DNA from: Micrococcales bacterium
GTDB lineage: Bacteria > Actinomycetota > Actinomycetes > Actinomycetales > Microbacteriaceae
Direction: 5' to 3'
Assembly: GCA_947454255.1 (NCBI GenBank)
Contig: CANGIU010000003.1
Span: forward strand, 27,845-91,844
DNA: 64,000 nt
Shown here: in pieces, positions 51,851 to 61,354 of the stretch
Layout: each line of letters opens with the position of its first letter
How positions within the stretch are numbered: the first letter of the stretch is position 1
Notes under the pieces: generated by a model
What the model saw: the letters and a program-made list of their open reading frames with translations, nothing else
Told to the model about the DNA's origin: nothing
The model's database searches: none
Translations under genes and position numbers: made by a program

Positions 51851-52835
51851 TCAAATACGCCTAGATGACTCTGATCGCTACAACTTGATGCTTGCCCTTA
51901 CTGGTTTGCTGGTGCAGGGGGACGAGTATGAAGTTCAGGAACTTGCTCAACGATTTGAAGTAAGTAAAGAGGAAATTGTCAAAGCAGTAAAAAATATTGG
52001 GTACATGGATATGGCCCACTTCGAGAATCCTGACCGCTATGAGGTTGATTACGACGCGCTTGACGAAGGATACGTTCGAATTTCATACAACATTGAGAAT
52101 GTTGTCGAAGATGTCCCTCGACTTTCCTCAAGACAAGCCTCTGCACTAGCAGCAGGATTGGTGTATCTAAGTTCATTACCTGGGCTTGCAGAGAACGAAG
52201 AGATTCTAGAGCTGCAAGGAATCCTTGCAACCGGAGATTCAAGAGGTAATACTCCTGAGGTGATAGTGCAGCCTGGCTCTAAAGATGCTGACTTGCTAAT
52301 CATTAGACAGGCTATAAAGCTAGGTAGAGCAATTAGTTGCGATTATCTAAACCTAAAAGGTGAAATGAGAATCGGGAGGGTGATTGAACCTCTTCGCATT
52401 GATCTGCGTGGGGAACTTATTTATCTAAAGGGTTGGTGTCCTGAGAACAGCGATGTTCGTTCCTTCAGAGTTGACCGTATGCGAAACGCGCTTATGACAG
52501 AAGTTGAGATTTCTAAGGCTGCTCGCAGCGCAGAACTTGATGATGAGGTGTACCACTCTTCTGAGACCGATACTTTGGTCACGATCGAAGTAGATCCTGA
52601 GGCTTTCTCACTGATGGTTGATTTCCGGCCAGTGGAGGAACCTGAATCTGTCTCGCAATATGTCAAGAGATTTAAAATACTGGTAGGGGATGTCCGAAAC
52701 CTTGGCAGGATTGTTTCTCGATTTGGAGGAGCGGCAAGAGTCGTTGCTCCCGATTCAGCCAAGGTTGCAGTTCGAGAGTTTGCGCTCAAGGCAATTGGTG
52801 AGCTAAAGCCAACGCAACCGAAGGATGCCGAATGA
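51837..52835 (+). CDS. pafC: HTH/WYL-domain transcriptional regulator PafC
   Basis: Paralogue of the preceding gene (SDRYNLMLALTGLL...). It overlaps the pafB stop. Candidate starts are ATG 51837, ATG 51843 or TTG 51807. Confidence 0.75.
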   Translation: MTMSDQIRLDDSDRYNLMLALTGLLVQGDEYEVQELAQRFEVSKEEIVKAVKNIGYMDMAHFENPDRYEVDYDALDEGYVRISYNIENVVEDVPRLSSRQASALAAGLVYLSSLPGLAENEEILELQGILATGDSRGNTPEVIVQPGSKDADLLIIRQAIKLGRAISCDYLNLKGEMRIGRVIEPLRIDLRGELIYLKGWCPENSDVRSFRVDRMRNALMTEVEISKAARSAELDDEVYHSSETDTLVTIEVDPEAFSLMVDFRPVEEPESVSQYVKRFKILVGDVRNLGRIVSRFGGAARVVAPDSAKVAVREFALKAIGELKPTQPKDAE

Positions 52836-53071
52836 TTGAATACTTTTGGGCATACTTCTTTGCAGCACTGGGCATATTGGCGGCAATCGCTCTCGGTATT
52901 GCTGGAGCTAAATTAAATCAATCCTCGAAGCGGGTAGCCAGGTCATATGCGCCGATAGCGGTGAAGGTGAAGGCGCTGAACATCGAAGTTAGCGCTCTAA
53001 AGCGCTCAAGGTCTGACAGACAGCGTAGGCTAGAGTCAGACAGTCTCAGTGTTATCGAAGTAGAAGAGTAA
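52832..53071 (+). CDS. Small single-pass membrane protein with a charged helical tail (hypothetical)
   Basis: 79 aa. One TM segment (FWAYFFAALGILAAIALGIAGA) followed by a basic then acidic helical region. ATGA overlap with pafC, and 8 nt upstream of tatA. No recognised motif. Confidence 0.45.
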   Translation: MIEYFWAYFFAALGILAAIALGIAGAKLNQSSKRVARSYAPIAVKVKALNIEVSALKRSRSDRQRRLESDSLSVIEVEE

Positions 53072-53079
53072 GGAAGTAA

Positions 53080-53277
53080 ATGAAACTCCAAGGTTGGCAT
53101 ATCATCTTTATCGTGCTTGTAGTCCTTGTTATCTGGGGAGCTCCAAAGCTACCTACATTTGCTAAGAGCCTAGGCGAATCAATGCGCATCTTCAGAAAAG
53201 AGATGAAGCAGCTAAGTGATGAGCGTGCGGAAGACAAGAAGCAATCTTCTGAGAAAGCCGAACCAAAAGACGACTAA
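53080..53277 (+). CDS. tatA: Twin-arginine translocase subunit TatA/E
   Basis: 65 aa. A TM helix followed by an amphipathic region, WGAPKLPTFAKSLGESMRIFRKE. AAGGAAG Shine-Dalgarno upstream. Confidence 0.85.
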   Translation: MKLQGWHIIFIVLVVLVIWGAPKLPTFAKSLGESMRIFRKEMKQLSDERAEDKKQSSEKAEPKDD

Positions 53278-54086
53278 TGGCATCTCGCCGCAATCCCGAA
53301 AAGAGAATGAAGCTCTCGGGACACTTCCGTGAATTACGCAAGAGACTATTCCGCTCTGGTATAGCCATAATGCTCGGCACCATTGCAGGGTGGTTGCTTT
53401 TCGATTATGTCTTCGCTGAACTTCAAAAGCCAATACTTGAGCTGGCAAAAGATGAACACGTCAATGCTCAAATCAACTTTGGCTCTGTCGTCTCAGCATT
53501 CGATCTTCACATGCAGATCTCTTTCTTTATAGGGGTTTTCATCACCAGTCCGATCTGGCTTTATCAAATCTGGGCATTCTTAGCACCGGCTCTTAAAAAG
53601 CGTGAGAGAAAATACACTGTACTTTTCGCGATCACGAGCACCCCATTGTTTCTTGCCGGAGCGTTCTTTGGATGGTGGCTTTTCCCCGGATTCGTAAAGA
53701 GTTTGCTCTCGTTTACTCCAGCTGGCAGCGCAAACGTGATTAACGCGGCCGAGTATGTCCTTTTCACTGTTCGTGTTTTTTTAGTTTTCGGAATGGCTTT
53801 CGTGCTACCTGCGATTCTTGTCCTTCTAAATTCAATCGGTGCTATTACCGGTAAGAGCATCCTGAAGGGTTGGCGTTTAGCCATTTTCATTATTTCTCTA
53901 ATTGGTGCGCTTGCCACGCCTGTTTCGGATCCAATGTCTATGTTCCTGTTAATGATTCCTTTGATTGCTCTCTACTACCTATCAGCAGGACTTGCGCTTG
54001 CAAATGACAAGAGAAAAGCGCTAAGGCAGAAAACTGCAGGCAGTGACGACATAGTTGCTGATTATGTTCCAGAACAGATTGACTGA
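53277..54086 (+). CDS. tatC: Twin-arginine translocase subunit TatC
   Basis: 269 aa with six TM helices. HFRELRKRL N-terminal motif and PALKKRERK loop. TAATG coupling to tatA. Confidence 0.9.
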   Translation: MASRRNPEKRMKLSGHFRELRKRLFRSGIAIMLGTIAGWLLFDYVFAELQKPILELAKDEHVNAQINFGSVVSAFDLHMQISFFIGVFITSPIWLYQIWAFLAPALKKRERKYTVLFAITSTPLFLAGAFFGWWLFPGFVKSLLSFTPAGSANVINAAEYVLFTVRVFLVFGMAFVLPAILVLLNSIGAITGKSILKGWRLAIFIISLIGALATPVSDPMSMFLLMIPLIALYYLSAGLALANDKRKALRQKTAGSDDIVADYVPEQID

Positions 54087-56530
54087 TGGAGCAAGAGCTA
54101 ACTCCTGCCGAAAGATTTGCTAAGGCCAAACAAAACAAAAGGCACGAGAGTTTAGAGAATTTCAAGAGTTTGCTCAAATTCCCGCTAGACGATTTCCAAG
54201 AGCAAGCTTGCAGTGCACTAGTTCAAGGTCATGGAGTGCTGGTCGCTGCCCCTACTGGTGCAGGTAAGACTATCGTTGGAGAATTTGCCATCCACTTAGC
54301 TGTTGAGAAATCGCAAAAGGTGTTCTATACAACACCAATAAAGGCTTTGAGCAATCAAAAGTTCGCAGAGCTACAGTCACGCTATGGTGAGGAATCAGTC
54401 GGACTACTAACTGGTGACACAAACATTAATTCTGATGCACAAATTCTCGTGATGACCACCGAAGTCTTGCGGAATATGATTTATGCGAACTCGAATGCGT
54501 TGATAAGCCTTGGCTTCGTTGTCATGGATGAAGTTCATTACCTTGCCGATAGATTCAGGGGAGCCGTCTGGGAAGAGGTTATCCTGCACCTACCGAAAGA
54601 TGTGAAGGTTGTCTCTCTCAGCGCGACCGTTTCAAATGCTGAAGAATTCGGTGCTTGGCTTGATGAAGTGCGAGGGGATACCTCGGTAATTGTTTCGGAA
54701 ATTCGTCCTGTTCCTCTAAATCAACACGTGTTATTCGGCGATGATCTGATTCCGCTGTTTGAGGATGACTCAAAACAGAACCGTGTAAACGTTGATTTGG
54801 TTCAACGGCACGCAAACAAGATGCGGCAACCTATCAATAAGCCAACAAGGGGTAGGCGAGGGCATCCCGGTCTTAACGACCGCAATCTGAGCAGAATTCC
54901 AAAAGTTTCTAAGCCAGAAATCATCGCAATCCTTGATGAGGCGGACTTGTTGCCAGCCATCTTCTTTATATTCTCGAGAGCTGGTTGTGAAGCAGCGGTG
55001 CAATCTGTCCTTGCATCAGGTATCCGTCTAACTAAACCCGAAGATAAACAACTGATTAGGCGAATAGCTGAAGAGAAATGCGCGACGATAGCCGATGAAG
55101 ATCTTTCGGCTCTTGGTTATTTTGAGTGGCTGAATGCTCTGGAGCGAGGAGTCGCTGCTCACCATGCTGGACTACTTCCAGCGTTTAAGGAAGTAGTTGA
55201 AGAGCTGTTTCTTAGGAAGCTGGTCAAAGTTGTCTTTGCCACAGAAACATTAGCGCTAGGTATCAATATGCCTGCCAGAACCGTAGTACTCGACCGCCTT
55301 GATAAATACAACGGTGAAGGCAGAGTGCAGATTACTCCTGGTGAATACACTCAATTGACAGGAAGAGCAGGCAGACGAGGCATCGATACTGAAGGACATT
55401 CTGTTATCCAATGGGCGGCTAACTTAGATCCAACGTATGTAGCCTCTTTAGCCTCGAAGCGCACCTACCCACTCAACTCGTCCTTCAAGCCAACGTTCAA
55501 CATGGCGGTAAACCTCATCGAAGCTTTCGGACAACGCAGGTCTAGAGAGGTGTTGGAGACATCTTTTGCTCAATTCCAGGCCGACCGTTCTGTCGTTGGT
55601 TTAGCTAGAGGTATTCGAGAGAAGCAGAATTCACTCGATGGCTATGAGCAATCAATGAAATGCCATCTCGGCGATTTTCGTGAGTATGCAAGCATGCGTA
55701 AACAAACCAATGACATTGAACGAGAGATTGCACAAAGTGGCCGACAAGCTAAGCGCAACGACTTAAGACAAACCAAAGGCAGAAGAGCGCAAGAACTTAA
55801 ACTTGCTAACTTAAAAAAGGCGTTGCGAGCACATCCTTGCCATGCCTGCCCAGATCGTGAAGTTCACGCTCGTTGGGGAGAGCGCTGGTGGAAGTTAGAA
55901 AAGGAAACTCAAGCGGTTATCAAGCAAATTGAATCTCGCACTAATCAAGTGGCGAAGACTTTTGACCGAATCAGTCAAATGCTCGTGGAATTGAATTATT
56001 TAGAAGTCAGCGAGAATGACCTTGAGGTCACCGAATCAGGAAAGAAGCTTGCCAAAATTTACGGTGAGAGGGACCTATTGGTGGCAGAGTGCCTCAGAAG
56101 AAAGATTTGGCATGGAGTTGACGCCCCCACTTTGGCTGCCATTGCTGGAGCGCTTGTTTATGAATCAAGACGTGACGATGAAAACATCACACCAAAGCAT
56201 CCCAAAGGTGACTTTGTTGAGGTATTCGAGCAAACCATGACGGTTTGGGATGATCTGCAAGAGGTATCCAAATTCCACCACCTTCCGCTGACTAGTGAAC
56301 CTGACTCAACCATGGCTCTGCAAATGTTCCGTTGGGCCACAGGAGCAAGGCTAGACAGCATCCTAACCGCAACTGGAATGCTGGCTGGAGATTTCATCAG
56401 ATGGTGCAAACAGACCATAGATTTACTGGAGCAGATCGCCAAAGTCCATCAGGATGAGCTATCTGGCAACGCTGAGAACTCAATAGCCAAGATCAAACGT
56501 GGAATTGTTGCATATTCCTATTACGCTTAG
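54086..56530 (+). CDS. helY: Ski2-like DEAD/DEAH-box RNA helicase HelY
   Basis: APTGAGKT (motif I), DEVH (motif II), SATV (motif III) and a DSHCT-like C-terminal domain. 814 aa, immediately after tatC as in mycobacteria. Confidence 0.9.
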   Translation: MEQELTPAERFAKAKQNKRHESLENFKSLLKFPLDDFQEQACSALVQGHGVLVAAPTGAGKTIVGEFAIHLAVEKSQKVFYTTPIKALSNQKFAELQSRYGEESVGLLTGDTNINSDAQILVMTTEVLRNMIYANSNALISLGFVVMDEVHYLADRFRGAVWEEVILHLPKDVKVVSLSATVSNAEEFGAWLDEVRGDTSVIVSEIRPVPLNQHVLFGDDLIPLFEDDSKQNRVNVDLVQRHANKMRQPINKPTRGRRGHPGLNDRNLSRIPKVSKPEIIAILDEADLLPAIFFIFSRAGCEAAVQSVLASGIRLTKPEDKQLIRRIAEEKCATIADEDLSALGYFEWLNALERGVAAHHAGLLPAFKEVVEELFLRKLVKVVFATETLALGINMPARTVVLDRLDKYNGEGRVQITPGEYTQLTGRAGRRGIDTEGHSVIQWAANLDPTYVASLASKRTYPLNSSFKPTFNMAVNLIEAFGQRRSREVLETSFAQFQADRSVVGLARGIREKQNSLDGYEQSMKCHLGDFREYASMRKQTNDIEREIAQSGRQAKRNDLRQTKGRRAQELKLANLKKALRAHPCHACPDREVHARWGERWWKLEKETQAVIKQIESRTNQVAKTFDRISQMLVELNYLEVSENDLEVTESGKKLAKIYGERDLLVAECLRRKIWHGVDAPTLAAIAGALVYESRRDDENITPKHPKGDFVEVFEQTMTVWDDLQEVSKFHHLPLTSEPDSTMALQMFRWATGARLDSILTATGMLAGDFIRWCKQTIDLLEQIAKVHQDELSGNAENSIAKIKRGIVAYSYYA

Positions 56531-58132
56531 ATGGTTATGATGCATACGACTTTGAACTGGCTTAGACACTCAAACTCGTTCTGGGGACGCACTTTATTGG
56601 CTATCGTCGGCGGTTTGAGCATTGCTATCACTTTCCCTGCCTTCAACTTTGCTCCCGGTATATTTATTGGAATCTTCCTTATCCTTCTTGCTATTAGGCA
56701 CGCAGGTTTTTTTAAGGCATTAGCGATAGGAACTTTTGCAGGTATGGCCTTTTACGGCCTTGTCCTTAAGTGGCTAACCACTTACTTGGGTCCTGTGCCT
56801 TGGGTTGCGCTTTCCGTTGCCGAAGGGTTAATCTTTGGCCTAGCTGTGGCCGTGATGGCGGTAGTCTGGCGCTGGTTGGCTGCGCTCAATCTAGGAGCTA
56901 TAAAGCCATTTGTCATCAGCATGGCCATTGCGACTATTTACACCGCACGTGAATATGCAGCCGGTCAGTTTCCCTTCGGTGGTTTGCCTTGGGCTAGGGG
57001 AGGGCTAAGCCAAGCTGATACCTATTTGTCGAAATGGGTATGGGCAGTTGACATCTCGGGTCTAACCTGGCTAATTGCTTTCATCTGTGCGATGGTGGCA
57101 GTCAAATTCGTAGCACCGTTGCCGCAAGGATCGGGGTTAGTACGACGCACTCGCAGTTGGCTACCAGCCCTAGGAACTGGGTTAGTAATTTTTGCCGTCC
57201 CTCTAGTGCTGGTTCTTGACGCAACCCCAACATCAGGAACTATGAAGGTCGCTGCTGTTCAAGGTAACGCTAATGCTGGGCTGTTTGCAATTAACCCACC
57301 GGGCTCGATTATGGACAAGCACATTGCGGTAGCCAGGGATCTAATTTCATCTGGCCGAGCTAAAGGTATTGACCTCATGGTCTGGCCAGAGAACTCAGCT
57401 GATCTTGATCCGGTAACTATGTCTGAACCTAAAAAGAAAATTACTGAGTTTGTAGATAGCGAATTGAAAGCTCCACTGCTCTTTGGCAATAAAACTTTTC
57501 GAGGTACTGATTACTTCAACGAAGTTGACCTTTGGTTACCACAAACTGGTTTGACAGATTGGTATGACAAAAAGCGCCCAGTGCCATTTGGTGAATATGT
57601 CCCTAATCGTTCATTCTTCATGTCTCTTGCCCCCGACATGATTGGCCTAATCGGCTGGGACATGAGCTTTGGTAAACGTGATGGAATATTCCAAATTCCA
57701 ACCAAGGGCTCTGTGGGCTCACTGATTTGCTTCGAAGTGACTATCGACCAACTCAGCTATGACCTAGCTGACAGCGGTGCAAAGGCAATCATGGTTCAAA
57801 CCAACAGCAGTGACTTCGGCAAGAGCGAACAAGGTGTGCAATTGGCAGCGGTTTCAAGAATGCGAGCAATTGAAACAGGAAAGACCGTTGTCTCAATTTC
57901 TACAGTTGGCGTCTCCGGCATTTACTATCCCGATGGTTCCATTGAAGATGAACTTCCAACTTTCACTCCTGATGCGATGGTCGCTGATATTCCATTGCGT
58001 ACGGCAATCACTCCGGCAGTTGCATATGGTCGATATATCGAGCCAACATCTTTTGCACTTACCCTCATACTTTTCCCAACCGCTGTGATCGGGAATATCA
58101 TTATTCGTCGTAGAAAAAAGAAGCAAGCATGA
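56531..58132 (+). CDS. lnt: Apolipoprotein N-acyltransferase
   Basis: Multi-TM N-terminal half plus a CN-hydrolase domain with E-K-C triad contexts (VWPENS, KKRPVPFGEY, LICFEV). Confidence 0.85.
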   Translation: MVMMHTTLNWLRHSNSFWGRTLLAIVGGLSIAITFPAFNFAPGIFIGIFLILLAIRHAGFFKALAIGTFAGMAFYGLVLKWLTTYLGPVPWVALSVAEGLIFGLAVAVMAVVWRWLAALNLGAIKPFVISMAIATIYTAREYAAGQFPFGGLPWARGGLSQADTYLSKWVWAVDISGLTWLIAFICAMVAVKFVAPLPQGSGLVRRTRSWLPALGTGLVIFAVPLVLVLDATPTSGTMKVAAVQGNANAGLFAINPPGSIMDKHIAVARDLISSGRAKGIDLMVWPENSADLDPVTMSEPKKKITEFVDSELKAPLLFGNKTFRGTDYFNEVDLWLPQTGLTDWYDKKRPVPFGEYVPNRSFFMSLAPDMIGLIGWDMSFGKRDGIFQIPTKGSVGSLICFEVTIDQLSYDLADSGAKAIMVQTNSSDFGKSEQGVQLAAVSRMRAIETGKTVVSISTVGVSGIYYPDGSIEDELPTFTPDAMVADIPLRTAITPAVAYGRYIEPTSFALTLILFPTAVIGNIIIRRRKKKQA

Positions 58133-58842
58133 AGACTTTAGTTATTATGCCCACCTATAACGAGTCTGGAAATATAGGCAACGCCGTAAGCAAATTGTTT
58201 GCAAGCAATCCCGAAGTTCATTTACTGATTGTCGATGATTCAAGCCCTGATGGCACGGGGGAGTTGGCCAACGCAATCGCAAAGCTTGACAAGCGCGTTA
58301 GCGTTCTTCATCGCCTTGGTAAAGATGGCTTAGGTGCGGCATACATTGCTGGATTTAACTGGGCTTTCGAAAGGGATTACGACTTTCTGGTTGAGATGGA
58401 CGCCGACGGCAGCCATAGAGCTCAGGATCTTCCGCTGCTTCTTGAAGCTGCACTTGAGAATGACTTAGTAATCGGATCACGCTATGTGCGCGGGGGTAAA
58501 ACTCAAAACTGGCCGCTCCACAGGCAAATACTTTCCAGGGGTGGGAATCGATATGCACGTTTGATGCTTGGTGGAAAACTCAACGACATGACCGCAGGTT
58601 TCAGAGTCTTCAGGACAAGTTTTTTGAAGTCGCTTGATTTATCTACGATCAACGCGAGAGGTTACTCATTTCAAATTGAAATGGCTTATCGCACAATTCG
58701 TGCAGGTGGCAGAGCTGCAGAGGTTCCTATTACTTTTGTTGAGCGAGTAATTGGGGACTCAAAAATGAGCTCTAACATTGTTCGCGAAGCACTATTGCTA
58801 ATGACCAAACTTGGCATCAAGAGAATATTGGGTCGCGGCTAA
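58129..58842 (+). CDS. ppm1: Polyprenol-monophosphomannose synthase (GT2)
   Basis: IMPTYNE, IVDDSSPDGT and DADGSH motifs. ATGA overlap with lnt (the two are fused in M. tuberculosis Ppm1). Confidence 0.88.
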   Translation: MKTLVIMPTYNESGNIGNAVSKLFASNPEVHLLIVDDSSPDGTGELANAIAKLDKRVSVLHRLGKDGLGAAYIAGFNWAFERDYDFLVEMDADGSHRAQDLPLLLEAALENDLVIGSRYVRGGKTQNWPLHRQILSRGGNRYARLMLGGKLNDMTAGFRVFRTSFLKSLDLSTINARGYSFQIEMAYRTIRAGGRAAEVPITFVERVIGDSKMSSNIVREALLLMTKLGIKRILGRG

Positions 58843-59210
58843 TTATTAGTTGCGTCAGCCTGACCACGGGCTCTACGAGCTTTAAGTTCACCAAGACGTT
58901 CCACAAGTAATTCTTCAAGCTCTTCTCTAGATCTACGTTCAAGCAGCATTTCAAAATGTGTTCTAGGTGCTTTTGGAATCTCAGTTTCGAAAGCCTGCTT
59001 GCCGGTGTCGTCTAGTAGGGCACCTTCAAGTGAACATGTCTTACATCCCCATGCAACTGGAATCTCAGCGTCTGCTGAAAAAATCATTTCTGAAACGTGA
59101 TCATTAGCGCAACGGTATAAACAAATTTTTCTTGGAGAAAGGTTTTTGTTTGTATCGACTTCAAAGCTTTCAGAGCCGAGTCTTGTTCCGCGCATTGGTT
59201 GTTGCGACAT
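58839..59210 (-). CDS. rbpA: RNA polymerase-binding protein RbpA
   Basis: MRGTRLG..., a C-H-C-C pattern (YRCANDHVS...GCKTCS) and PRTHFEMLLERRSREELEELLVERL closely match canonical RbpA. I chose the internal ATG at 59210 (MSQQPM...) rather than the ORF-track start at 59261. Confidence 0.88.
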   Translation of the reverse strand: MSQQPMRGTRLGSESFEVDTNKNLSPRKICLYRCANDHVSEMIFSADAEIPVAWGCKTCSLEGALLDDTGKQAFETEIPKAPRTHFEMLLERRSREELEELLVERLGELKARRARGQADATNN

Positions 59211-59286
59211 TTTGTTCCTAACAGTTTGTATTGCCGAATGGTGCTTAATAGATAGAAGCAAAAAGATTACGGAATAATTCCCAGGC

Positions 59287-60138
59287 TCAGGCTTTTCTCA
59301 GGGTTTGAACTGCTAACTCTGGCACATCGGTGACGATTCCGCTTGCACCTAACCTAGTGAGTTCCAACATTTCTTCAGGTGAGTTTATAGTCCAGTAGTG
59401 AATCTGTGTCCCTGAGGCAAGAACACTGTGGATAAAGCGCTTTGAATCAAAGTGTAGGAATGACTGCGTTCTAGGTATTTGAAGTGCTCCGATGTTCTGC
59501 AAAGCATTGTTTATGAGTGACTGTGGTGCTCTAAGTGCTACCAGAAGCCAGATCTTGAGAACTGTTGAAGCACCTGCAGAAGTTGCAACAGGTTTACTGA
59601 ACTTACTCAATGCCAGCAACCTTCTTCTATTACAAAAACTAGAGACAAGCACACGATCATGGGCTTTTAGTTTTTCAATCGTTTCGACTAGATCGGGGAT
59701 TGCATCTTTGGCTTTGATATCGATGTTGAATTTCATTTTTGGAAACTTGCTTAGTGCCTCAGCAAGCGAAGTGACCCTAGTTCCACCTCGCAGTTGGAAA
59801 CCTTTGAGTTGAGACAATGTGAATTCCTCAACTGCAGGACCTTTGCTCTTTCCAATAGAGTTGACCGCGTTGGCAAATTCGTCCCATTTATGAGGAGATT
59901 CCTCAAATATCTCTTCGTACTGGCGTCCGTACTCCCAATCCACAACTCTCTCGATAAGTTCATCGTGAAAGAGAACTGCAATCCCATCTTTAGTTGCCCT
60001 GATGTCTGTTTCGATGATGTCAGCTCCAGCATCGATTGCTAGTTGAAAAGCTTCAATAGTGTTTTCAGTTGGCACAGTTCCACCACGGTGAGCTAGGACA
60101 ACCACCTTTGAATTAGTGAAGTAAGGATGTTTTTGCAT
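59287..60138 (-). CDS. Glycerophosphodiester phosphodiesterase family protein
   Basis: GDPD motifs LAHRGG...ENT and ETDIRATKDG. Confidence 0.85.
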   Translation of the reverse strand: MQKHPYFTNSKVVVLAHRGGTVPTENTIEAFQLAIDAGADIIETDIRATKDGIAVLFHDELIERVVDWEYGRQYEEIFEESPHKWDEFANAVNSIGKSKGPAVEEFTLSQLKGFQLRGGTRVTSLAEALSKFPKMKFNIDIKAKDAIPDLVETIEKLKAHDRVLVSSFCNRRRLLALSKFSKPVATSAGASTVLKIWLLVALRAPQSLINNALQNIGALQIPRTQSFLHFDSKRFIHSVLASGTQIHYWTINSPEEMLELTRLGASGIVTDVPELAVQTLRKA

Positions 60139-60164
60139 GTGCTTCCTGCGTTATTGAATAAATC

Positions 60165-60818
60165 TTGGGGGATAGGCTTGAAGGCGTGTCCTCAACTCAG
60201 ACTATAGCCACCACCAAAGCGTTTGGCCGACTTGTCGCTGGTCTTTACCTGGTGGGTTTAGGCCTGGCCATGATGATCCACACCGGTTTAGGTGTGCCAC
60301 CTTGGGATGTTTTGACTCAAGGTTTGCAGCACCAAACTGGTTTGAGTTTTGGGCTAGCTGCCACAATAATCAGTGCCATTGTTTTGTTGATTTGGATACC
60401 AATCAAGCAGAAACCAGGACTAGGTACGCTCATCAATGCCATCTCAATTGGGCCATTTGCAGATCTCAGCAAGCCATTGATGCCAGAGCTGGATGGATTG
60501 TTCTTGAACATAGTTTGGCTTTGTTTAGGTTTGGCGTGTGTAGCTCTAGGTTCAGGTCTTTATATCTCAGCAAACCTTGGTGGTGGACCTAGGGATGGGC
60601 TGATGGTTGGTTTAACAAGAGTTAGCGGTTGGCCATTCTGGATTGTTAGGAGCCTAGGAGAGGGGACAGTGCTTCTTACTGGTTGGTTACTCGGGGGAAC
60701 AGTGGGGATAGGTACTGCCCTATTTGCTGTTGGAATTGGATATATGCTGCAAATAACCATGAAACTCTTCGGTTTTGACCCAAAAAAGACCCAAAATGGA
60801 GTAAAAACCTCCAAATGA
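60165..60818 (+). CDS. YczE/YitT-like integral membrane protein
   Basis: About 6 TM helices. The GLGVPPWDVLTQGL motif resembles the GxxxWDxLxxGL motif of YczE-type proteins. The function is unknown. Confidence 0.55.
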   Translation: MGDRLEGVSSTQTIATTKAFGRLVAGLYLVGLGLAMMIHTGLGVPPWDVLTQGLQHQTGLSFGLAATIISAIVLLIWIPIKQKPGLGTLINAISIGPFADLSKPLMPELDGLFLNIVWLCLGLACVALGSGLYISANLGGGPRDGLMVGLTRVSGWPFWIVRSLGEGTVLLTGWLLGGTVGIGTALFAVGIGYMLQITMKLFGFDPKKTQNGVKTSK

Positions 60819-61288
60819 CAGACAAAATCCACGTAAAACACCGTGCAACAGCTCGAGTTTTGCTACTAAATGAGCAAAATCAAGTTTTTATGCTCAAAAC
60901 TCAATTTGATCCTGAGGTTGGCTTGCCTCCCAGATGGCTGGTGCCTGGCGGTGGCATAGATGCAGGCGAAGATACTTGCACAGCAGCTCTCAGAGAGCTT
61001 TATGAGGAAACCGGACTGGTAGTTGGAGCTGAGGATTTGGGAGAAGTCGTTCTAGAAACATCAGGTCGTTGGGACTGGGCTGATGGTCTGAATTACCACA
61101 CATACACAGACACGATCTATGAGCTCAAAGTTCAGGATTTCAAATTAGATACTTCAGGATTTACTCAAGATGAATTGCGTGACGTGCTGGAATATCGTTG
61201 GTGGAATTTGTCAAAACTGTTTGCAAGTGAAGAGTTGGTAGGACCACATGAGCTCATAAGCTGGCTGAAGACCAGGTTCGAAGCCTAG
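60815..61288 (+). CDS. NUDIX hydrolase
   Basis: Nudix box GGGIDAGEDTCTAALRELYEETGL. ATGA overlap with the preceding gene. Confidence 0.85.
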   Translation: MTDKIHVKHRATARVLLLNEQNQVFMLKTQFDPEVGLPPRWLVPGGGIDAGEDTCTAALRELYEETGLVVGAEDLGEVVLETSGRWDWADGLNYHTYTDTIYELKVQDFKLDTSGFTQDELRDVLEYRWWNLSKLFASEELVGPHELISWLKTRFEA

Positions 61289-61354
61289 GCTTATCTTTAT
61301 CTATTCGCCGATAATGAACATTATGTCAAGTAATGTTTTACTGGGCTAGAAGCA

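Noticed and set aside
61317-61337. The AT-rich hairpin AACATTA-N7-TAATGTT followed by TTTT, as a terminator between the NUDIX gene and trpD.
   Set aside because: The stem is only 7 bp and is almost entirely A/T, so it is probably too weak. I left it unannotated.
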